DNA of 63,497 nt, counting the filler, from Choristocarpus tenellus KU-1152 (Eukaryota > Protista > Phaeophyceae): NCBI GenBank assembly GCA_964200185.2. It is 12 parts of 12 records of this genome, joined end to end, with 100 filler letters (N's around TTAATTAATTAA, not from the genome) between each part and the next. Parts side by side here need not be neighbours in the genome. Positions count along the whole stretch, not along the records: positions 46,434 to 56,644 come from CAXNAD020003076.1; positions 56,745 to 60,746 come from CAXNAD020016720.1; positions 60,847 to 63,497 come from CAXNAD020025955.1; 9 more parts are not named here. One strand, 5' to 3'. Below are positions 54,461 to 63,497 of the stretch, in pieces (the stretch's first letter is position 1; every line of letters begins with the position of its first letter). The position numbers were made by a program, and so were the translations under genes. The notes beneath the pieces were generated by a model. It had not been told where the DNA came from. It worked only from the letters and a program-made list of their open reading frames with translations, and searched no databases.

Positions 54461-55874
54461 TGACAAAATAGACATATTGGACTAACTTGTTATTTGCGTA
54501 TCTTTAGATCCCTACATCCTCCAATCCAATGATAAAATAACGATTCAATTAATCTTTTCCACTACATCAACAATCAGGAGACACCGCAGTTTTGACCGAA
54601 TTAATGGGATGTCAAGCATCACAATTGTAAGCCCCTTCAAAACAAAATGGCCAACCAACTACACGGTACTTCTTTATATGACTTGTTTTTTAGTGATGTT
54701 TGATCAATGGTGTTTTCATCACAAAGTCATTGATGCTTGAGAAACTCCCTCCCTCCCTCCCTCCCTCCATCTCTCCCTCTCTCTCTTCCTCTCACTCGTT
54801 TGTTCTCATCTATGTATCTGTGTATTTGTAGTATTTTTTGTTTTCTCAAGCATGGTGATGCTGTTTTCCCTCCAACTACCTTTCAGAGACAGATTTTGGA
54901 ACCCCTCAGACTAATGTTGAAGGTAAGAATGATGATGATGATAAGGACAACAATCGTTATAAATGTGGGGCATAGCAGTGTACACATCACTTTGCGGTGA
55001 AACCTCTATACCAAAGGAGACATTTTTGTGTTGTTAGTTTTCGTTTTCAAGTAGTACATTTTCTTAGAAACATGTCTTAGCATTGACGACAACTCTTGTA
55101 TTTACAGTAATAGTCCTTATAATGTAATTCTGGTTTTTCCCTGAGAGGTCCGCAAAGTGTCAGAGGGCACAAGAATATATTACAGTTACGATGTGGTAAT
55201 ATAATATAGTTACAATGTGACAACAGTTACGTACGGTAGTAAGAAGGTGGAATACTAGTAAATAATAGCAGAATAAATACACCCTGTGTTGATCGACTCG
55301 CATCCACACACAGGGCACTTTTAGGGTTGGTTTATTCACAGCGCAATGACCCACCATCCGTATGGTGGATCACAGGCAGGAGTGTGAAAATAACGGCAAG
55401 ACGTGATAGGGATGACGTTTCGTGAGCCACCAAGTACAACAAGAGAAATTGTGGTAATAATGTCAAACAGGGTACTGTTTACATTGTTAAGGAGAGGATC
55501 GCAATGCACTCACAACAACAACACTGCACATCTCGCCTTGCTCTCCATCATTACAAAGAAATACACGCACAATTGACACCAGAAAATGCTACCACCGCTG
55601 CACATCAGCTCACCCAACATTACCCATGAAGGCCCCCCTGCAGGCCACCACAGTAGATATCAACAGCAAATTACATCATTGTACCAACAATCATACGCGA
55701 AGGACACACATTTGTTTAGATAATCCCGGGATCCTGTGTGTCCGTTCATCATCCATGACTGTGGTCAACAAGAAGGATTGGAATACTTGCTCAGGTATTT
55801 CTCCTCTGCCAGTCAACTGCCTCGAGGAATGAAAGTGCACCAACTCCTCTGTTGTGAACGCTGGGTTGACCATA

Positions 55875-56133
55875 GAGTGAAAGTATCTTAGAGGGTACGA
55901 TTTCTGGCCTGTTTGTCCATTTGGGGCTTGGCTTCCCACACGTTTTTAATGACCTTTTACCTACACCAAGATGTTCCGGAGTAGGTAAATTGTTTACAGA
56001 ATGAAACGGTGTGTGCGGAACAAGGATATTGAAATCTCCTAACAAATATGATAGCCAAAATTACATGAAAATTGCAACATTGGATTTTGGCCCCCAAATG
56101 GACGCGGCTCTACCCTCCAAGATACTTGGACTC
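55875..56133. mobile_element. MITE, full copy
   Basis: TIRs GAGTGAAAGTATCTTAGAGGGTA / TACCCTCCAAGATACTTGGACTC; TSD ATA. Confidence 0.9.
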
Positions 56134-56390
56134 ATAGCCATCCACACCCCAAAGACACCCATTCCTCTTGACGTAACTCACTGGTTCTTTGCCAGGCATC
56201 CCCTCTTGCGCTGTAGTCTCACACAGCGGCCATCGGGCAATATATGTTTCGGATAATCTGGTATTCCTACTTTCATTTACGATCACCAAGGTTGCAATTG
56301 CTGTCCTGTCCAACGACCCTATGTACGAGTACATTCTAACGACCTTGCAATCCCCCTCGACACGATGCGACACCGCATCTCTCCGCCTCT

Positions 56391-56644
56391 GGTGATGTTG
56401 GTGGCGAGATAAACACCCCGTGGGACCTATTTGACGCCGATGCCCTTGGCACTGTGAATACCCTGCACTGTCGTGGTGCAGCAGCACCGCCTCTGTCTGC
56501 CAGGGGTGATGTTGGTGGCGAGATGAACAACTCGCTCCTTTGTGATGACGCTGAACCATCGCCTCTCTCTGTCTCTGGCGATGTTTGTGGCGAGATGAAC
56601 ACCCCATGGCTAGGTGACGCTGATGTCTGTAGCACTGTGAACAC
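56391..56644 (+). repeat. in-frame coding-type repeat GDV(G/C)GE(I/M)N x3
   Basis: GGYGATGTTKGTGGCGAGAT at 56391, 56505 and 56577. Spacings of 114 and 72 nt are both multiples of 3. Confidence 0.7.
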
Positions 56645-57498
56645 NNNNNNNNNNNNNNNNNNNNNNNNNNNNNNNNNNNNNNNNNNNNTTAATTAATTAA
56701 NNNNNNNNNNNNNNNNNNNNNNNNNNNNNNNNNNNNNNNNNNNNGGTAGGGAGTGGGGACCAGAGTGGGGGTGGGGGTCAGATCTTGGTTGGAGAGAGCG
56801 ATGGTGGGGATGATAAACGGGGACCTGGTGGAAGGTTTTTGGTGTCGGGTGGAAGAGACAAGATGGTGAAGCTGTGGGCAGTGGTGACAGGGCAGTGTCT
56901 TCTGACATTTGTGAGTGTTGGTCCACCTTGCGGGGGGGGGATTGGATGAGTAGAGGATGGGAGGGAGGGGAAAGAGAAGAGGGTGGGTGGGTGGTATATC
57001 CCACATGGGTGTGTTATGTTAGCCCTGGTTGGTGGGGGTGAGGTGGCTGTGTCCTTACTTTGCTATGTGCACTACTGTTGGTTTAGTAAATGTTTCTTTC
57101 TTTTGCTGTGCTGAAGGCAGGGAGGATTGGGTATGTTTTTTTTTGTGTGGCCTGGTGTAGGTGCTTAATGAAAAACACCGCAACAGGTGTCTTAGATGTT
57201 GTGTGGAGACAGGCAGGTGAAGCAAGATAATGGTGAGGCTTCCCCATTGCTGGTACCTGACCACAGAAACTTGAGTTACATACATGCAGGGCTGAAAACA
57301 TCACAGCGTTGCTATCAATAGTAGACCTTTCCCCTCGAATGTGCTTGGTCTGTGGTGATTATTTGCACATCCTGGCATCCACATTACTTTTCAATTCCAT
57401 TCCTGAACAAACCATCTTTCTCTCCTCTTCTGACCTTTCACATTGCCATGTTGCCGAATCAATCCTTTTCCTCTTGGTGTATGTTTTTTTGTGCTCAG

Positions 57499-58665
57499 AG
57501 TAATCATGATAACTGGGTGCGAAATGTGTTGTTCCACCCCTCGGGGGCTTTTATTCTGAGCTGCTCAGATGACCGTTCCATACGAGTTTCAGACATAAAG
57601 GTGGGTGATCAGAGTGTTCAGATTGCGGGGAGGTGTCTCAATGGGTTGTAACCTTGTCGTGGTTGTGGAGGCGGTAATGATTGAGGGCAAGGGATATGGT
57701 GGTGTTACTGTCAGAGAGGTGTGCTTTTGTGTGTGGGACGGTTAAAGCCCTGGTTTGATGAAGTGTTGGTACAAGTGGTTTAAGTTCAAGTGCTCTAAAC
57801 ATGCTTGATTTCATCTCCAGGGATATAATTTGTGTTGAATTTAATGTTTTGATTGTCGATGATTGTCGAGATGATCTCCGGGAAGAGTGAAGTCGTTGCG
57901 CTCAACAGGATGGTGAGTAAATATCAAATCTTCGTAGTACTTTGTTCTTTATTCCTCTAAGATTATGGGTTAAAGATGCTGAGTACTTCACACAATTTTT
58001 TGGGTGGAATTGTTGATGGGGGGTGTTTGGATGCTGTTACTTGCTTTTTGAAATTGCAATATATACTGCTGATATCTCTCTGCCCCTTCACCACCAACCT
58101 CTCTGTGCACTGTTGTTGTGCTCTGTGGAGCAATCAAGCTGTGATTTCTTGGTTTTACGGGGAGGTGTTTTATCATCCAAAAAAATTCTTGCAACCTGTT
58201 CCATAGAAGCAGCAAAGAGTTTGTTTTGCCCCTTTGGATCATCTCTGTTGTCTTCACTTGGTGCCTTATTTGTTCACCCTCCATGACTCTACAAAAGTAT
58301 TCTTCTCTCCTTTTTTTAAAAAATGGGACTGGTTTTTACACGCTACACACCAACCACACTTGATTGCATCCTTTGATCAAAGTATCCCTTAATCGTCTTA
58401 TTTTTCCTTATGTCTCTCCACTCTGTGATATATAGACACTCCACAAGTGTACGTTACATATTTAGAGTGTTCGTTCCCTGGGCGGCTCTTTCTCTGACTT
58501 AATAAATGCATCTTGTGCACTTCCTCGTAACAGACAGGACGCAATGCTCGGACGCTGGAGGATGCTCATGGACACTTTGTAACCTCTCTGGCCATGCACA
58601 AGAGTGCTCCCTTTGTGGTGTCTGGGGGGGTTGATAAAAATATTCACGTGTGGGAATGTCGTTGA
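57499..58665 (+). CDS. LIS1: LIS1/NudF WD40 dynein regulator, last two exons
   Basis: Exon 57499-57600 [34 protein letters not shown] plus exon 58534-58665 [43 protein letters not shown], with the diagnostic VWECR C-terminus. Confidence 0.94.
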
Positions 58666-61600
58666 GGGTGATTTGATTGCTTCTACTTGGCAGGCGATGG
58701 TGTTCTAGATACGGTGCAGGCAGGATTTGTATGAGCGGATGGGCAGACGGGTGGAAGGAGTTGCGGTGGGGGGGGGCAGGTACTGTAGGGGTATATATGC
58801 ATTGTGGTCTATGAGTATGACTTGAGATTTTTCTGGGGGGTGAGGGGAGGCAGAAATGTCTTCTGCCAATGATGCATAGTTGATGCTGATGTTGCTGGTG
58901 GCTTTTCCTGGTTCTTGGTAGTGCTGCTTCCCATGCGGTTTTACCTGCCACTTTTAGTTGAGGGTATGCTCCCCTGAAGGAGTCTGTAGTCAGTAACAAA
59001 AGCAGGGCTGGAATGTTGAGTTTTTATGCTCTCAGAGTACTTTGTTGCTGTTGGTGTGTATGGTGGCAGTTGGGTGAAAGTAGTGTGGTTGGTATTGTGT
59101 GGTGTTTGCTCAGTTCTATGGTGCGGAATTGTCAGACTTGTGTAGTAGTTCCCGCAGTGAAAGTGAAATGTCAAGATTTGAGTGTTTGAATGTTGATTGT
59201 GCTTTGAACGGATTTGTGAGTATGTTACTTGACATGACTTTATGATTTCAACTCCCCTTGTCCCCCCTACCCCCTTCCCTGACCTGTTCTTACCATCTTG
59301 ACATCGTATAGATCAGATCATGGTTGGACTGTAATATTGATGTGGGGTGATTGTTAATAAACTATTTATAACTTTCTCCATACGATGTTTCTCAAGTAGT
59401 TGCGGAAGATACGCCTGTCATCATCATACAATTCCATTGCTTATTGCACACGGTCTTCAGTAGTATGCAGGAATGATCTGTCCTCTCTTCAAAACATTTT
59501 TGTTTGTATGTCCACATTGTGCATGTTTAGTTCCCTTTTTTTTCTGTTCTATCATTGTGGGTTTAGACTTATGGTTACATTTATTGTGGAGAGCATATTT
59601 TGCTTACGCAGTGCATCATACCTGGTTATGATAGCACTCCAAGAATGAGCAAGAGGTGGAGGCATTGTAGTATCTATGAACATGGATGAACTCCTTACGA
59701 CTGGGTGTTCAGTGAATGCCATTTAATGGAACATTAGTTTTGTACCTTGCTCAGCTTCTTTGCTCCTCCTGATTTTCAGGCAGAATCAGTGTGGACACCA
59801 ACTTCCTATCATTCTTTGTAGGACTGAAATATTATTGTAGTAGTAACTATTCTGAAATGTCCTACGGAGTTGCCTAAAGTACAAACAAATGTTTCTCAAT
59901 TTGACCGATATAGTTTTGTTTGTCATGTAGTGGGTTATTGGTGGGCATCTGTCTTGTGATTGGGAATGGGCTGTGGATGTATGTGTGTGGTTGTGTCAAG
60001 TTTGGTAGTGCCACAAGTCAAATGTGTAAAGGAATGGATAAATCGTCACCCCTGTGCATGGTTTGTCATACATGCCTCTGGGTAGGACATGCGTACATCA
60101 TGCTCACACACTCTTTTAAGGTTAGTGGCGGCCAGGACACTTTTTGCACTTCTGATGTACAGCAGTCATGAACTGTGATGTGCCTTGGTGGAGGTTCGAT
60201 GTAACGGACAAGTATATAGCAGCGGCATGTTTGAGTGGAGAACAGTATGATTTGGCGTGTGAGTGTACTGGTTTCTTTGGTGTTTGATTGCCTGATGCTC
60301 TTTTGAAGAAGTGACTAAAATGGGTCCCCAGTAAAGCTCTTGATTATACATAAATGATGTACCAATCTACTTCGCATTAAATCTTCAAGAGGCATGATGA
60401 ATTATAACTTCACGTATATATATATATATATATATAATATATATATATATATTATTTTTCACGTTAGTCTGTGGGGTCCTAGACCTGTGGTAGAAACGTA
60501 CTCATAAGGTCATCCACACTGCTTGAGAAAATGCAAATACTATGCATATAACAGCCTCTCAGCAAAATTGAGGATGAAGCATACTATGGAGGATGAGTTT
60601 GACCCAATATGGTGCGCGGAAAAGTGTCCATTTGTTTTTTTTGTAAATGTTGCGGCACTTTTTAAGGGCCCCTTTTTGAATGGGAATCCGTGCCGAAGGT
60701 GGTAGTGAGACAGTTTGTGGGGGGCGGCAATGATTTCGTTTGATCGNNNNNNNNNNNNNNNNNNNNNNNNNNNNNNNNNNNNNNNNNNNNTTAATTAATT
60801 AANNNNNNNNNNNNNNNNNNNNNNNNNNNNNNNNNNNNNNNNNNNNTCTAAAACACGTGAAACACGGTTTTCTACTCCCCCCCCCCCAGATACTTTGACC
60901 CATGTTGTTTCTTGTCCACCCCCACCCCCACAACATTTGCGAGATATCTTTGGAAGAACACTACTACGAAGTAGCTTAGGCAAAATGTGTCTTTATGTTA
61001 TTTTTCTGTACAGATTACAACTCTTTGATTCATAACCAACCACCTTATAAATTAGAGTTGTGGTTTAGTGGGCGACACACAACATCACACAAGAAAGGTT
61101 AGGGACACAACTGTGTACACAACTCCTAGTAGAGGACAATGTCGGAGGTGACATTTTTGAATGTTTATTCCTCAAATTTGGAGTACATATATTGATGAGG
61201 ACCGACTGCAACTATTGTTTCTTCAGTAGGCCTTGTCCTCTAGTATGAGGCTACATGTAGCTGTCAAACACACACCTTTCCCTGGTTTCATGTTGAACTT
61301 CCATTTGAATCCCACCATCTACGTTACGTACATCGCCATGAAGAATTTATCATCCATTCCCCCCCCCACTTCCCCTTGGATATCAACATGTAGAGGTATC
61401 TCTGCTGCTAAGCTGTCGTTTGGGTCCTGCTTGGTTGCTTCAACTTGAAGTACAATTTTGTACACCTCTGGAAGGATATCCTCTGGCCTCCTAGATGTGT
61501 TGCATTGAGAATGTTCAATCGCAGAGCTTGGTAGACACCTTCCTGAGGAATTACGCCATTAGAACACAAGGCTTATAGTCAATGATGACGTATTCCCCTC

Positions 61601-62768
61601 ATACAACCTAAATTTCGAGGTAGTGATCGTGTTGATCCTAACTTGGTGAAATAACTCAACGTACATCACACTTGGCAATCAGTATGAGTCTACTGAACTT
61701 TTTTCTTCAAATAACATACACTCCTTTGTGAGCACCTTGGAAACGATATCACTGCACACACATGGAGGGGCATCAAATGTTGTATATTTTTTTGCTACAC
61801 CTAGGCAGGTCGTGGATCACGTTGGATTTCTTTGGTTCTTCCATCACTGCTAGAGGTGATATTCTCGAGCCCTGAGCTTCCAGTACAACTTCTCTCAATA
61901 GCACTGTTGCCCTCCCCAGATCCACCTCTTAACCAATCTTGCCTCTCTATCTGGATGGATTTTTTCTCCGCTGTTATGGTTAGGATAAAGCCCTGTCTAG
62001 CATGGCGAAGTGGTTAGTGCGATTGTAGTCGGTGTTGACTGGACCTCCACCATGGGCTACATTAACTACTTCTTTCTCTCGAGGAATATTTTTCTTGCTG
62101 AATTGATGGGCAATGTTGGTGCCGTCTGCTCTTGGTGGCAGTAAGTCCCCCAAAATTGTTCTGGCCCAAACTGTCAATTCTATATCCCCTCCTTTATTTA
62201 CGATCTCTTTGATTTGTTTCCCATCTGTGAGCCATTGATCGACTAATGTTCTCCTTTATGTATGTACACACGAAAACTCAACTCCAATACGTACTTTCTA
62301 GTTTCAGTTCTTCTGTGCTACTTTTGTGTCGGGTGTTTTTTTACCCACTTCTCCACTTCTTTCACCTATGTCTGTTCCCAACTCTACCTGGCAAGCACTT
62401 TGAAACGGAATTTCAATTCCTTTCGACTTTGATGAGGCTGCATGTTGAAGAAGCTGATTTTCCCAAGACTTGTGTGCGTAAATGCCTCGATTAATTCCTT
62501 ATTGTGTTGTAGATGAACTATGGAAGGTGAAAGGAGGAGTTAACATCCAAGCCCAAAGGGGGGGGTCCTAGCCACCAAATCAATCCTATTCTATCAGTAA
62601 TCGCTAATCAGAGATTACTTGTGCTACAATGTTTCCTATTCCTGAACTCTTCATATTCTAGTTCTTTAAACCCAAACATATCTTCTATTCTTCAGAACAC
62701 AAACGTGGTTTCTTCCATCCTTAGATTGTTTCTTACACTATCTTCTTTTACCCACGAATAAAAAGCAT

Positions 62769-63027
62769 GAGTCAAAGTATCTTAGAGGGTAGAGCCGCGT
62801 CCATTTGGGGTCCAAAGTCCAATGTTGCAATTTTGATGTAATTTTGGCTATTGTGTTTGCTAGGAAGTGTCAATATCCTTGTTTCAGACACACCTTTTCA
62901 TAATATATACATTTTACCTGCTCCTAAATTATTTAGGAGTAGGAAAATATCATAACAAACCCGTAGGAAGGCAAGCCCCAAACGGACAAACAGGGCAAAT
63001 CTCGTACCATCTAAGGTATTTTCACTC
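62769..63027. mobile_element. MITE, full copy, opposite orientation
   Basis: TIRs GAGTCAAAGTATCTTAGAGGGTA / TACCATCTAAGGTATTTTCACTC; TSD CAT. Confidence 0.9.
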
Positions 63028-63034
63028 CATAATC

Positions 63035-63305
63035 TTGACACTGCACAAGTTCCCTAACTTTGGTCTCCCATTGACTTTGAGAAGACAGACTGTTCCCACC
63101 TCCTGCTTTCCCCTTAGTTTGATGGGACAGCCCAAGGTCCTCAACTCTGATCTTCCCTTAATTCTGTGAAGATAGATATTCCCCACCTCCTGTCTTCCCC
63201 TGACTATGATGAGACAGCACACGGCCTCCATCTTCTGTCTTAAACTCATTCTGAGAGGAGATTCCAGAAGGTCCCCACCTCCCACCTTCCCCTGAGTTTC
63301 ATGAA
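63035..63305. repeat. degenerate ~90-bp tandem repeat x3
   Basis: CCCACCTCC.....TCCCCT core at 63095, 63182 and 63274. Confidence 0.65.
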
Positions 63306-63497
63306 ACATCATATTCCCCGATCTTCTGAATTCTATTTTACTTCGAGGAGATCCCAAGTATGATCAATTCTCTGTGTGTACTCTCATGTGCTTTACTCCT
63401 GCTTTCCTTACCTAACCAACCAAGTCATGATTTAATGTGCATCCGACTCAAAGTATCTGGGGGGTGGGGGGTGGTTTGTGAGGGGGCGTCCGTTTCG

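Noticed and set aside
38434-58665. Apparent clustering of CFAP69 and LIS1 (motility genes), or of any genes across linkers
   Set aside because: They lie on different contigs concatenated artificially, so no synteny can be inferred.
61200-62500. Possible Gypsy pol remnant on minus strand
   Set aside because: No diagnostic motif could be read with confidence. The PPRADGT peptide shared with ORF 8247-8603 has no nucleotide-level similarity.

Overview
Eukaryotic nuclear DNA: intron-rich (GT-AG), repeat-rich, most likely a photosynthetic stramenopile such as a brown alga or close relative. That assignment is inferred from an ASAFAP-type plastid presequence, the flagellar gene CFAP69 and the gene architecture. 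The window is not contiguous genome. It is 12 contigs joined by 11 artificial 100-bp linkers (N44-TTAATTAATTAA-N44), so adjacency across linkers means nothing. The supplied ORF track is mostly noise because the genes are spliced. Hand-splicing recovers: an alpha-SNAP-like gene head-to-head with an HPS3-like gene; an SPX-domain gene; two RFC2 exons; ALG13 head-to-head with galactokinase; a plastid-targeted unknown head-to-head with CFAP69; an N-terminal MG-motif unknown; the 3' end of a SET-domain gene with degenerate catalytic motifs; and the 3' end of LIS1. Between them lie decayed Copia, Gypsy-like and RTE-LINE elements, a shared-LTR tandem retroelement, a fold-back of Copia RT, and a very abundant ~250-bp MITE family (3-4 bp TSDs) at which many contigs break. 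I see no convincing novel multi-gene system. The best leads are the SET pseudo-enzyme, the functionally paired divergent genes, the MITE family and an unidentified decayed multi-exon locus. All family assignments come from remembered motifs, not database searches.
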